This document shows positions 27,438 to 44,442 of a stretch of DNA of 64,000 nt, in pieces (position 1 is the stretch's first letter; each line of letters starts with the position of its first letter). The position numbers were made by a program, and so were the translations under genes. Source of the DNA: Eledone cirrhosa (Eukaryota). The notes under the pieces were generated by a model. The model did not search any database. It worked only from the letters and a program-made list of their open reading frames with translations, and had not been told where the DNA came from. The DNA lies in assembly GCA_964016885.1 (NCBI GenBank), contig OZ024742.1, positions 328,476,001 through 328,540,000 on the forward strand, given 5' to 3'.

Positions 27438-28504
27438 GTAAAATGACACCATTTTGTTTCATTTCTCCTCATTTTGGGGCACTTTATTTCAAGGTACTCC
27501 CCGTTTGGCTTTTAGAGGTTGGCAGGTCTGTTAACAACTTTATATTAAATTTATATATTAAGGTATTACATAACAAGATCAGTCTTGCGTTAATTTATAA
27601 TACATAACTGTTTCTACGTTTGGCACAAGGCTAGACATTTGAAGGGAAGGAGAAAGTCAATTAAATCGACTCCAGTGCGTTACTGCTACTTTGTGTTATC
27701 GACCCCGAAATAATAATGATTTCTACATGAGGCACAAGGTGAGTAATTTTTGTGGGAGGTGAAAGTCCAGAACTTGACTGGCACTTATTTTATGGACCCT
27801 GGAGGGATGACAGGCAAACTTGACATGGGTAGTAGTTGAACTCAGAATGTAGAAAATCGTAACTAGATACCACAAATAATTTTCACAATGCTTTAATGAT
27901 TCTCCCAAACCACAGACCTTTTATTTGTAACATATGTACAAAGTAGGATGCCGGAAAAAGATTACCTTGGTTGGATTTGAATTCAGAAGGTAAAAAAACA
28001 GAGCAACACCGCCAGGCATTTAGTCCGACGCTTTAACAATTCTTATAATATTTCTTTATTTCATTGAAAAGCCTGTTGAATGAAACGACTAATAGTTTCA
28101 GGTGCTACCGAAAATCAATAAATCACCATCTCTGTTATGGATACTTGAAAATATTTTCATAAATTCAGGGAAGATATAAACACGAGGCTGGGATTAGAAA
28201 ATCTGTCAAATTTACTATGAGTAAAGGGAAATTAACTAAAACCGAAAATAATAAATTATAACCACAACCAGCCGTATAAATATAATACATTGAAATGAAG
28301 GATACGAGCAAGAAAGACTGCAACAGAAGAGTGAGATTATTTTAAGATCTGAATTCTATCCAAGAAATATACTAAATTCAAAGTATTTTGTCCGGTATTT
28401 TAAAGACTCTGAATATCTACCACTTTTTGTTCTGTCAATAAAATAGAAGATGAGAATTCTAAAACAATCATTGTTGTAATTTAAAATTAATAAAATCTCT
28501 GTCA

Positions 28505-30111
<1,607 letters not shown>

Positions 30112-30450
30112 CTACATATCCAGAAATTAAAAACTTTTCGTTTCTTTGTTTTTTTCTTTACAAAATCCTGTACGTATAATTATGACCTGAGTTATCAGTC
30201 CTGGTATAACTCCAGCCAACAAATGAAGTCGATTGCATGAATGTGATACTACTATTGTGTATATAAGGGTGGATGAGTGCAGATTCATGAACATGTGTTT
30301 GTTTTTTGTTTTGTTGATCAACTGTCCTTAATCATGGATAAGAGTGTTTTACATTCATTGCTGGTATATATGTATATCACAAAATCCTATTTCCAAGAGT
30401 CGGATAAGGAAGAAAATAAATGCTTTCTGTATTAGTATTCCGTAGCCGTT

Positions 30451-30521
<71 letters not shown>

Positions 30522-32336
30522 CACGTCAGGGTATATATATATTCATTTCAATCTTGTGCATGATAATACTTCAGGCATTTAAAAAAACATTTCTTTTTTT
30601 TTTTATTCTGTATTATTTTCTCGGTGTTTTTAAAAATCCACATTTCAAACAGTGAAAAAACCTTTTGTGCATCTCTTGAGGGGGCTACCACACACCGCAA
30701 GTAACAAAAGTTTAATAGAACTTTAAAGCAGTCAGAATAACAAACGCTATTGGATATACATATATGAGTGGGAGGGTATTCAAATTATGTCTGAAGAGTG
30801 AGTGTGTGATGTGGGGTGTGTTTTAGACAGAGAATGACAGAATGCCTGTGTGAGCATGAATGTGAAATTGTGATAGTGTATATGTGGATATGTGTATGTA
30901 AGTGGGCAAAACTATTTAAAACAGTTGTGTATGAAAATTCCTCTCACTCGTCCTGTGCTAGTGGTACAATGGATTTTTTTTTTTTTCGCTTGTTAATGAC
31001 TACAAGCCTGATAATATTTTCTGGGTGTTTTGTGTATATAAATATATCTAATTAACATTGTTGTTATTTTGTAGAGTTAATGATGTTGTAGTTGTTGCTG
31101 TTATTGTCATTGCTAATGACGTTGTTTTTATTGTTGTTGTTGATGATGTTTACTGTTGCGGTGTCGTATTTCAGGTATTTTTCTCCGGTGAATAAACGCA
31201 CACATGGTCAATTTATAATTCCCTTCTGCTCCATTGCCTAAGTGAACATACTCTGAATTTGAAATATTTTCCTCGTCTTCTACTTTATTGTTTGTCATTG
31301 TTTATCTCAAAACACTACAACAAATTGAACACCACAGGCACAACCGAAGCCACTAACAACAACTACCACAAAACCAAACTAAGCAACAGCAACCCAAGCA
31401 ACAGCTACAACAATACAACAAGCAGCAACAACTTCAACATCAACACCAACACCAGAAACAAAAAATAGCAACGACTACAACAGAAGCAACAAGTACAAAA
31501 CGAACAGAAAGAAAATTAATCTAAAATGAAAGCCAATAAATTCCTTGCAATTAATGAAACCTCTGTAGTAGTGCCGACATTCGTTTTATGCGTTAAAAAT
31601 TTATAATTCAGAAAAGAATTTGAATATATTTGTTTTGTCATCTTTTAAATAAAATCAAGCCATTTAAAGATTAAACTTTTTAATTGTCGATTGTGTTCTT
31701 TATAAAATATTGAAAACAATATAAGTAATTTTTTAATCTTATCTTTTAAGAAATATGATGAAGTGTCAGAATCGTGAGTATATTGGGTTAAATACTTTGT
31801 GGTACTCGTTTCTTCTCTCTGGGTTCAAATACCGTCGAAGTCAACATTGTTTTTCATTCTCTCAATGTTGATAAAGTATTATATAAATACTAGGGTAGAT
31901 TCTTCCTCTATATCTCTTATTCTCCCTCGCTCTCTTTCTATTATGCTGGAAGAAATCGGTTGAGTCGTGACCCGGAGAGGGGTAAACACCACTAGATTTA
32001 AATGCACCATACACAATGTCTCTGTGCCGCTTACGGAGTTACGTGATTATAAAAAACATGGCAATAAATTAAAAGATGAAAACAGTTCAATTGCTGTTTG
32101 TGTTCTTGTATCAATTTTTGTTTTCAGAAATTATTTCTTATTTTGCGATATTTTATCTCAACTAAATGAACTTAGCAAAAAATAAAAAAAAGTGAAAGGA
32201 AATATCAGAAAACAAAAATAAAACAAAAAATAAAATAAATAAATTGAGGCTGTCTTCGGTATTTTTTGTTTTTGTTTCTTATAAATATTTCGCTTCTATG
32301 TGCGTTTTATCCCAGCCCGGTGACATTCTAGATTAG

Positions 32337-32439
<103 letters not shown>

Positions 32440-32890
32440 GTTAAGGTGGCGTATTAGCAGATTTCTTAGAATGTAGGATGAAATTATTTGCGGCATTCGT
32501 TTCGATTTCGGCCTCCTTCAGTTCAAATCCCATCGGGGTCAACTATGCATTTCATCCATTCAAGGTCGATAAAAAAGTACCAGTCAAGCACGGTGGTTGA
32601 TTCTTCCTCTATATCTCTTTCTCACTTCCATTTTCTCACCCTCTCTATCCTTATCTGAAAGAATTCTACTGGATTCAGGACTTGGAGACGGATGGCCTCC
32701 ACCAGGTTTTAAAATGCCCTAGAAACGCCGTATATGAATACAACACCCACAAGTTATGGGATACTACATACATATATGTGTGTCTAGGTGTCCGAAAGTA
32801 TTTTTATAGATATTATTTATCTTTATACCTGTATTTATACAATCATACTTCAGCGCTTGTACATTTATTATCATCCGGTACATACACACA

Positions 32891-32938
<48 letters not shown>

Positions 32939-32974
32939 GCAAGGGAACAGAAAATCAAAATCAAGATGCTACCA

Positions 32975-33016
<42 letters not shown>

Positions 33017-34504
33017 AGAGGGAGAGAGAGAGAGAATTTAGATACAGAGGTTTATAGATTTGTACGTCCAGTTTATGTTTGCTTGTATGAATGTATATAG
33101 CTATATTTGTGTGTATATAGTTATCTGTTACACGTGTCCATAATCCTAAAACTGTAGTCTAGTTCCTGTTTGTTATTTGAGTTTCAGGTAAGCAAATATA
33201 TAATGAATAGCATTTGTAAATCCCGATGTAGTTGTTTTTTATTATTGTGTCTTAAACCCAGGTTATCCCTGATCCAGTAGACCTATAATCAAATGCATTC
33301 CTGTTGTGTGCATCCTGCCTTTTTTCAAAAACATAGGACTACATTATCCAATATATATATATCCTTGTTTCTTGTTTTGGTTTGTATTAAGACTGTAGGG
33401 TGAGTTTGATAAAGATTTAGGTGTTATTTCTAGCACACCTATCGTCTTCGTAAAATGACTATCCTTTACACGTGGTTATTGTATTAATTCTTGTGCAGCA
33501 TTACTTACATTAAGTCGATATGGGGATACATCAGGATGATTTGTCTGTTTACTCTAAAACATAATCCACTGTATAGATGCATATTTATTTACTCATGGTT
33601 CTTGTAGTAATTCTTGACAGCTAGTAGTTCTATTCAGTCGTTATTGTAGTATTTATGGAAGATTTGGCTGTTATTTCTAGTACGTCTATCGACCAGTTAG
33701 AGACTGTCCCCGTTACACGTGCTTACTGTAGTAATAAATGACATGCGGTACTTTTATTGCTGTTTGTGCCTGCTGTAGTCGTTATATAGAAAACCTAAAA
33801 CAGTTCCTTACACATAAATACATAATAGGAGTTATTATGACACTATCTTTACAGTTTGACATGGATATATATACACGTGTCATCTGAACAATAGAGAAAG
33901 TTTTCTATTCCTCTGTATGTATGTAGTATGTGTGTATATACTCTTGTGTGCGTATACATGTTTCTACATATGCTAAACTGTGTCTGTGTCTGTGTATGTG
34001 TGTATTATCATTTGCGGTCCAATAGGTGGAATTGCAACATCGGACAGAATGGTTTGCTGTATATATTTACGACTTTCTTACGTTCGAGTTCTAATTCCGC
34101 CTAAGTCAACTTTGATTTTCCTCCTTCCAAATTCGATAGAAAAATAAGTGCCAGGAAAGTACTGGGGTCGTTTTAACCGACTTTTTCCTTCCCATGAATA
34201 GTTCCCATGCGGTCCACGAAAAAAAAAAAATCTATATTTTTACATCGAAGGAAACTTAATTCAAACAGCGGTCTCCGTTGGTTCAGGAGAGTGTATTATA
34301 TGTACCTGTGTACACAAACACTCAACTACAAATATGAGTAATTCTAAGATCACCTGACTATCAGGGTAATAAAGAAACAAGGATTTTTTTCCTACATTTA
34401 AGGTTAAATAGCGTTAATATATATATATATTCTCAACTAATATGCATCGTGTACTCAATGAAAACTAATTTATCTTACATATATAAGAAATACTAAATAT
34501 GTGT

Positions 34505-34544
<40 letters not shown>

Positions 34545-34974
34545 AGAGAGAGTGTGTGTGTGTGTGTGTGAACGCGTAGAAATTTCGTAATTTAAGTAAT
34601 TATTCCGTTGGTTTTAATCAATCCAAATATGTGCACATGATCCATGGAAAGCAATACATTTATATTCCTGGTTAGGCTTGAATTGAATTGATAAAATTGA
34701 TACCAGTTATATACTTTTTTTTCATTAAATTTTACATAAACATACGGTCGCATGATCCATTCCCCAAGTGTAACAGCTCATTCACCGTATTAAAACTCAT
34801 CTTTATTAGTAATGGTGTGGACTATGTCAGTGACCAGCCCATAAACAATGCGGCAAAAAGTTTTATACAAATAAATGATGTTTATCTTTTTTCAATTACT
34901 TTCTTCCACGATACAAATACTTTGATTTTAACACATCGTCTCAGATAACATGAGATGTGTGTGATCCTGTGTGT

Positions 34975-35480
34975 GTGTCTATATGTGAGTGTGTGTGTGT
35001 ATATGTCTCAACACACGGTCCCAGATCATATTAGTATGTCTGTGTGTAATTATATGAGTATGTAGAAACAATTATATGAGTGTGTGTGTATGTTTCATTA
35101 CACGGTCTCAGATCATTTTTGTTTGTGTGTGTGTATATATATATATATATTTGTATGTGAGTCGGTGTGTATGTTTCACCACAAGGTCTTACATTTGTGT
35201 GTGTATGTGTGTGTATGTGTGTGTTTCAACAGACGCCCTCTGATCACATCAGTGTGTGTATGTGTATGTGAGTCTGTGTGTATGTTTCAACACACTGTCT
35301 CAGGTCATATTAGTATGTGTTTGTGTGTGTGTGTGAGCATGTGTGAATGTGCGTATGTGTGTGTGTGTGTGTCTGTGTGTGTGTGCGTTTCAACACCCGG
35401 TCTCAGATCACATCAGTGTGTGTGTGTGTGTGTATATATATATGAGTATGTGTGTGTGTGTATGTGTTTCAATACAGCTC
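34975..35480. repeat. Degenerate ~60-80-bp tandem repeat interleaved with (GT)n
   Basis: Recurrent tgtttcaacacacggtctcagatca motif. Confidence 0.75.
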
Positions 35481-36472
35481 CCAAATCATCGTTATTAGTT
35501 ATAGTAGTACCAGTAATGTACTGGGTTTTGCTGGCCTTGTGCCTAAAGTAGAAACAGTTATTAGTTATAGTAGTATCAGTTCACCGATTCCTCTCAAACA
35601 ATATTTCCATGTGTTGAGAAACTGCTGCTGTTGCTGTTGCTGCTGTTTGTTGTTTATAACAAACGCTATCCTGTACAGAGTTTCCATGTTTGACTGATGG
35701 AGGAGGAGGAGTGGATAATGTGGCTGTTGATGACGGTGCTACTGATGGAAGAGGTAGGTTTGGAGGAGTTGACGGTGGTGTTTGTGGTGCTGTTTGTGAT
35801 GATGGTGCTGTTTATGGTGCTACTGTTGGCGAAGGTGGAGGAGATTGGTGGTTGTGGCGTCTTAATAAAGGTTGAAAAAACATCTTAGATTTTAAGGTGA
35901 ACGTTTCGCTAGCTGGATAGCAGCGACGGCTTCGATGTCACCGACATATATATGTGTATACGTTTGGGGTGAGTTGGGTGAGAGTACGAGAATGAGAGTA
36001 AAAAGAGTGAGCCTGATATAGATTTAAACATGCATGCGATTGCTATAAGTACATGTGAGCATGCATGTGTACATGTATATGCGTAATACTAACGATTAGG
36101 TATATCTGTGTAGTGGAAGATAGATCTACATGTCTATGTATGTTTACTAATGATTACAGGGTCGTAGGAGGGGAATGTGTATGTACCACTCACTCTGTGT
36201 GTGTGCGTGTGTATGTATTTGTGTGAGAGTGTGTGTGTATATGTGCTTGTGTGAGAGTGAGTGTGTGAGTGTACATTTAACAACGAAAGTAATTCATGTG
36301 ATAGGTAGATACAGGTATCTATGTACACATGTGTACGCATGATGTGATGAGTGTGCACATAGTTCCTGCGTTCGATCAACAGGGAACCAATGGTTTCCAT
36401 GCAGTAAATATTGAACATTTTTCTGTACACATATGCATGTTGTTACCTATCTATCAGACCTTTCAACTTTGG

Positions 36473-36609
<137 letters not shown>

Positions 36610-36701
36610 AAAATTGAACGGGAACAAAAGAGAGAGGCAGGTAGTACGAACAAAGGTTTATTAGTTTCACGCTCTTGAAAGTGGGGTGGTGGTATATATA
36701 A

Positions 36702-36747
<46 letters not shown>

Positions 36748-37340
36748 GCATATATGTTTACCTGTGTATATATCTATATATATAATCAGATAACCGGCTT
36801 GCGTGTTCCAGTTCTTTGATCAACGGAACAGCCTGTTCGTGAAATTAACGTACACGAGGCACATTCTATTGTGACATGTGCCATTAACGTAATTCTCAGG
36901 GAGATTCAACGAGACAGTTTGAAAATGGTTGGTCCGTTGCATTACAAGTGCAGTCCATCTCGTGTTATAGATTAAGTAGGTGTGAGTATCTCGGTGAAGT
37001 ATATACACTTAACGTAATTTTCAGGCGAAATCAATGTGACAGAATATTGGATAAAACTGATTCTTTTACTTATATGTACAGTCCATCTCACGGGCTTTCA
37101 CAGAATTCCTATCTACGCACTTTAACTCACAAGGCTTCAGTTAGAACAGGACTCTGGTAAATGAAACACGCCGGAGATACGACGCAGTGGGATCGAAGTT
37201 GAGATGTTTTGATTGCGAGTCAAACTTCTTCACCTTTCAGCCATGCTTTCTTCCACAAAACTTTAATATATACGTAGCCGATTTCTCAGTCTTTTCAGCG
37301 CTGAGAATATAGCTGTATAAGTATAAAAAAAAGAGAGTTC

Positions 37341-37805
37341 AAATTACCCCTCAAACCATGTGATGATTAAAGATGGTACGTGTTTAATCCATATGATTTT
37401 AAACACATCTTTAAATTTGTGCATGAATTAAGATGTGTTCATGAGCAGAGATGCTATGAAATAGCTTATAAGATATGAAGACCGGGAAAAGACGTAAAAA
37501 CAAGTTGCCGCTTAAAGGAATTCGTTCTCAATATCTCAGGGAGATATAAGCTTCAACTCCTCATAGTGGCCGATGGCAAATTAGTTTTCTGTCTTTTGAG
37601 GGTATATCTCTGGGAGATATGGGATTCAATTCCCCATTGCGACCTATGGCAAATTTTTCCTCCGTCCTTTAAGGACCTTCATCTATTTTATAAGCTATTT
37701 TATTGCATCTATGTGCATGAGCACAACACACTTTATGCGCAAATTTAGAAATGTGTTTAAAACAATATGGATTAAACATCATTACATGGTTTGAGGGGCA
37801 AATTG
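37341..37805. mobile_element. MITE-like element with long imperfect terminal inverted repeats (~140 bp)
   Basis: cccctcaaaccatgt...tgtttaatccatat...aaatagcttataa versus ttataagctatttt...atatggattaaaca...acatggtttgagggg. Confidence 0.7.
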
Positions 37806-38339
37806 ATTGACCAACTCCGCACGATTGCCTCAATTACTTGACACTATTTATTCAGTTAATTAGCTAAGCTTAAAATAAGTGAAAAGACTGATCATCGGGA
37901 AGTTATGATTGCGAAGCAAACTTTTCGACCATACTTCGTCCACGGTTTAGTTAGTCCAAATGATGATATACTGTCTCTTTTACAGTAAGTCTCCAAATTA
38001 AGAACATCCTACTAATGAACTTCCGCAGATTCGAACAGTCTCACGAAGAAATAAAAAGTTAGCCTGAGTATGAATATCGCGTTTTTTGTTAGCTCCTTCG
38101 AGCCCTGGGTTCCTTCTTTTGCAGAATAAAAGCAAGCGGAAACCGTACCTACGGTATGGGATAACACTTTGCATTCACAGATTTGAGAAATTACTTTTTT
38201 CTTTCACACTTTATTGTCATTAGAGTTACAGTATTTAAACTAATCATTATATGACATATATACATCTATATATTGTATATATATATATATATCACTCATA
38301 TGGAAACCTGCACTATCAATGTAACATATATGGGTTTAC

Positions 38340-38610
38340 GTGGAGGCACATGGCCTAGTGGTAAGGGTGTTGGACTTACGGTTATAATGACGTGGGCTCG
38401 ATTCCTGGTTTGCGTCTTGAGCAAAACACTTCATTTCACGTTGTTCTAGTATACTCAGCTGAAAATGAGTACCAGCAATAGTTGGAGGTTTAACCCTGCG
38501 ATGGACTGGCGTCCTTTCCAGGGAGGAGTCTTGTACTCTCAGTCGCTTCACGCCATGAAACCGGGATAAGCGCCGGCCAAATGAGCCGTCTGGCTTAAGA
38601 CAGACTTTAG
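38340..38610 (+). mobile_element. tRNA-derived SINE, second family (diverged relatives at about 1-260, 10883-11210, 15775-16090, 26032-26345, 36790-37250, 62155-62330)
   Basis: tggcctagtggtaag A box, ggctcgattcc B box, gtcttgagcaaaacacttcatttcacgttg...ctcagctg central domain. Confidence 0.75.
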
Positions 38611-39392
38611 ATTAGACTGGGTTTACTGGTACGTACTGTGTTAGACAGTCAACTTACAAACAAATAAACCAACGAACGGTCTCTTTGAATGTAACTCGCT
38701 TGTAAGTTGCGGACTGACTGTAAATGCAACAGTAGTGATTATTATAAGGAAGTGTTATTCCACTAGCTCATATCAATCATAGCAAAGAAAATGTATATTT
38801 AAACAAAAAAAAAACAAAAATAATAAACAACGAATTATTAGAAAAACATGAAACCATAAACAGTGAGACTAGCATAATTAGACAGACTGTACTTATTGTT
38901 GCTCTAGGCAGATGTCTTAAAGAATTACTATTTTATACAGACGTATGTATATTCATAATATTTTCCTTCGATAATCAACCATAACATATGCTATGAAGAA
39001 TAAATGCATTTTAAATATATTACGTAAGCATTATATTCGATGACATGTATAAAAAATTACAAAACTTACACAAAACACATTTACACACGATCTTCATCAT
39101 ACAATTATAACATTAATATGTACAAAATCTAATTATGCAGTTCCCGCAGCATATATGCTATACTTTTCCTTAAAAGTGATGAATGAAAAATGCTTCGTGT
39201 GTTTTAATTATGAATAACACGGGTTACTGAAATTTAGATTTTTGCAAATATTATAATCACCAAATACCCTTCAGGTATTTAGTCACACAAATGTGAAGCA
39301 CATGTATTTTTTTCTGACAATATGGATTACAATAAAAAAAAAATGTCAATATAAAATTATTAAGTGACAACTACATAAATTACTACGACTAA

Positions 39393-39670
39393 ATGAAGAA
39401 GGAGCCCCGCGAGGTGGGGTTGCTTTTGCAGCGGGTGTCGCTGGCCATTGTCCGTAGGAATGCTTTTGCAGGCCTGTCCGCGGGGCGCAGCCACATTACC
39501 ACCAGGGCCAACGCCCAGAGCCCAATAATCCGCTGTATCCCCCTCCCCACCTTCTGTGATACTATAGCCCTTGCCTTTCCCTTCCTTTTCCGTTTTTTTT
39601 ATATTTTCTTATTTTACATTCCATTCTTTTTTTTCAAAATACATCAATGAAATTTAAATAAATAAATAAT
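39393..39670 (+). mobile_element. 3' remnant of an RLE-type (CRE-like) non-LTR retrotransposon
   Basis: EPREVGLLLQRVSLAIVRRNA resembles the QR.S.AI.RGNA C-terminal motif of these elements. GC-rich island followed by an (AAAT)n tail. Confidence 0.5.
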
Positions 39671-40235
39671 GATTTCTTTATTAGCCACAAGGGCCGACAT
39701 AATTAAATAAATAATAAACTCAAAGAACAATTCCTCACTCACTAACTTCAGAACATATTTACAGTAAACGATAAAGATAAATATAAGCCTCCGTGTATTT
39801 GTTGTAATCATTTATGTTCTAAATAGATTTTCGTTCTCTGTCATAATTTTAGTTTGACGGTTATTAGAAGGAACTGAGAGGGGAAGCGAGATCAGGTTGA
39901 CGCAGACGGGTAGGTCACAAATAATTTCACGTCGTACGACAGGCGAGGTAGGTCGTGTGTGCGAATCCGTCCCGAAACAGTTTGATCATTAAACATGTGG
40001 GAGGCGTTTCTGGTAGCCCGAGTAAGCGCCCATACGATTTCTACATATGTGTTCCGAAATCGAGGTTTGCAATTATTATCAATTACGATGTATTTCAGCA
40101 CCCAATGCACACAGTGACCAGGACATTAGAATTACCAACGACGTAATTAGGCTATTTTCTGACTAAGCAGATTTGTTTGCATGGCTGAAAGACGTAAAGT
40201 TGGTGACAAAGTTACAGAAGGTGCAGGACGTAGCA

Positions 40236-40397
40236 GGTCGGACGCCATTCTTTGCAGCATAGAGTTACGCCCCTTTACGGTCTGAGTTCAAATCCCGCCG
40301 AGATTAACTTTGCCTTTCATCCTTACGGGGTCGATAAAATAAAGAACCAATAATGCACTGGGGCAATTGCTGGCCTAGTGGTAAAAGTAGAAATTAT
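40236..40397 (+). mobile_element. SINE family A (5'-truncated)
   Basis: Matches the family A consensus. Confidence 0.88.
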
Positions 40398-41599
40398 ATC
40401 GTGAAGAGGTATAAGTACTGCATCTGGAGATGAGCGAATTTGAGTAACTAAACGCGGAAAAAATAGAAAATCGAATCAACGAGTCTTCCAGAAAGAGAAC
40501 GGATGTAAATTAGGCCTTTAGCATATATATTGCTCTATATTTGCTATTGTATTTTCACGGCAAAGGCTTAGTCTTACATAGTTATCTCATATAATATCGA
40601 ATCTACAAGATTTTGAAGTTATTTATTTTAAGTACAATACATTAATATAGGTATGAGCGGCCAGTAACAGCCAGTTTCAACTGAAAGATGCGAGGGAGTT
40701 CTGGCTGGATACGGCCGGTTTAAATGCTGAAATCTTAGAGCTAGTTAGAAAGGATTATATCGATCGAAGAATAAATGGACAGGTATGACAATAGATCAGA
40801 AACTTAGCTGGTTTAACTTTATCGTATACGTCGGTTGGTAGCGCCGTTCTTAACATATATCTTAATTAATTTCCAACACGTGCACTAATCATATACAAAT
40901 TATTACGTTCATTTACAAATTATTACGTTCTTATTAAAAGCGAATGGGTATATAAGTCCATCAAATATATATTTTCTAGTGGCTGTTTGGATGAGGGCCC
41001 AACAAAGTACAAACATTGATTAAAAGTGTTTATCATTTTGTTAATTTACAGGAGAATTATATTTAAAATGTATATATATATATATATATAATAGAATAAT
41101 CGAGTATCAGAAAATCAGCTCACGAATTTACGATAAACAAATCCGACATGAGTGGCAAAGAGCTCAATAATTCAGATAAATCAGAGCTATAACTATCGTT
41201 AAAATACCAACACACAAAGATTATGCCTAAAATCACCCATGCAGCCGAAAAATAACGACCAGGAAGATTCGGGTCACTCAGATAAAATATCAATAAATCA
41301 ATAATTTATATGAATGTAAAAACTTACCCGGACCCACTAGAAAGGTGGTAAATCTAGCTTCTTGGGTTTCTGCTATTCCTTAATCCGCACCCTATCAGCC
41401 CACATAAAAATATATAAGACTTCTAGGGAGTGGAGGGACCGGAACAACTTTATCAACGGGTCATGTCCGACGAATAAAGAAGTTAACTATAGCTAGACGC
41501 ACATGGAGTCCAGCAAGGGAGATAACCTCTATATTCGCGAAAAATAAATATATATATATATATAAATATATATATATATACACACACACACATATATAA

Positions 41600-41630
<31 letters not shown>

Positions 41631-41712
41631 TTGGTGTAGTCATGGTTACATGTATATATTGTACAGTTCGCATGCAAGCGCATTTCTTAACACGAATATA
41701 TATATATATATA

Positions 41713-42214
<502 letters not shown>

Positions 42215-42465
42215 GTATGTACATATAGATATGTGCGTGTGTATGTGTGTATGTAAACAGAAAGCGAGAGAGATTAATACTGAATGAATTAAAAGTTCAG
42301 GAAGTACATTGCATGGATTTCATTAAGAAAAGATATTTGCTACATTCTATAGTTTGAGGCATATCGTGTTAATTTCCTGATTAGTAGTTGTTACATGTTG
42401 GTGTCATGGTGGTGGTAATGGTAGTTGTAGTTGTGGATGGCAATGATATTTTTGGATGCTACTGG

Positions 42466-42504
<39 letters not shown>

Positions 42505-42649
42505 ATGGATAAATACATACATACTTACTTACAAGCATACTCACACACACACATACACATTCAAGCGTTAAACTAATATAAATCTTCATTTCAATGCATG
42601 GTTTGCTATTTTTTTTTTTCCGTTTACGTTTCGTCTCTCTCTCTCTCTC

Positions 42650-42785
<136 letters not shown>

Positions 42786-43100
42786 ATGTAAATAACAATG
42801 AAAGAGTGTTTAAGTGTTCAAACATTTAATCACTGACGAACGTTTCATCTTAGCACAAGGCCGTAACCATCGGAGTTTTATCAACTCCGATGATTCCGGC
42901 TTTATCATTTACATTGTATTTCGGCTCTGTAGTACGCTTGTTATTTTATATCGAGCTATTTTCATACTTGTAATGTAAGTGGGTAATATTTATTTTTACT
43001 CACATTATATATATATTTATACATATATCACCTTGATCAACTTGACCGACCAGTCTGTCGTCAAGGTGATCAAGGTGATATATGTATGAATATATATATA

Positions 43101-43277
43101 ATTGTTTCTACTTTTGGCACAAGGCCAGCAAATACTCAGTAGATTACTGGTACTTCATTTTATCGACCCAGAAAGGATGAAAGGCAAAGTTAACCTCGGC
43201 GGGATTAACTTTGCCTTTCATCCTTATAAGGTCGATAAAATAAAGTACCAGTAATCTACCGGGTTATTGCTGGCCTT
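43101..43277. mobile_element. SINE family A copy folded back into a palindrome
   Basis: 3' half of the SINE on minus, then the same half on plus; centre cctcggcggga. Confidence 0.88.
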
Positions 43278-43393
43278 TATATATTTATATATAAATATAT
43301 AAATATATATAATATAATGTGAGTAAAAATAAATATTTCCCACTTACATTACAAGTATGAAAATACATATACAACTATACTTATATTTATATT

Positions 43394-43471
<78 letters not shown>

Positions 43472-43473
43472 TA

Positions 43474-43530
<57 letters not shown>

Positions 43531-43928
43531 TGCTAGGGAAAGGATCAGGGGTGTATAACACTCCACTTATCCAGCAGGCAGTATGAGGTTAGCTTTTTAA
43601 TTTTTAATTGTATATTCTATTTTTTACCTATTTTTTACCTACTCTTACCTAATCCCATTATCTTATCTACTCTTGTCTGTTCTCTTATCCATGTGTCTAC
43701 TCTTATCTGTTCTCTTATCCATGTGTATGCTTGTATGTAACTATATGTTGACAGCACACCGCCCAACTGTGACAGATAGCACCACTTATTTTTATTTTTA
43801 TTTTTATTTATTTTTACTTTTATTTTTATTTTTTATTTTTTATTCTTATCCTCTATCGTCTATTATTACCTTTCATTCTTCAATGTCTTGGATTTGTTAT
43901 TGCTTGTATGGTATGTAATTAACCTTTA

Positions 43929-43974
43929 TGCTCTGATGAGTCCCACTTATAGTGTGGATGAAACAATGTTAGCA
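43929..43974 (+). ncRNA. Minimal type I hammerhead ribozyme in a (TA)n-embedded island (43527-44010)
   Basis: tgct-CTGATGA-gtcccacttatagtgtggat-GAAA-caatg-TT-agca. Confidence 0.75.
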
Positions 43975-44038
43975 AGTAAAGATATGCATATGCTATAAGC
44001 GTTCTTTGTTATTTATTTATTATATATATATATATATA

Positions 44039-44106
<68 letters not shown>

Positions 44107-44344
44107 TATATTTATATATATATATATATATATTTACATATATATAGTTAAAAGAATAGAGGTGTAACACACAAGTTATTATATATTGGTAAACGCATTT
44201 AGAAATGCGCAACCGGTAAAAACTTAAAAACTTAAAACCACAACTGAATACTAACCCATACAATTACTAATACTCTTTTATTCCTAATTAAACCATTTTT
44301 CAACTGTGAACAATTTGTCAGCATTTTCTATTCCGTTTACCAAT

Positions 44345-44440
<96 letters not shown>

Positions 44441-44442
<2 letters not shown>

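Noticed and set aside
42828-42900. Possible minus-strand hammerhead (act-CCGATGG...GAAA-cgttcg-TC-agt)
   Set aside because: Two core changes and a poor stem II; too degenerate to call
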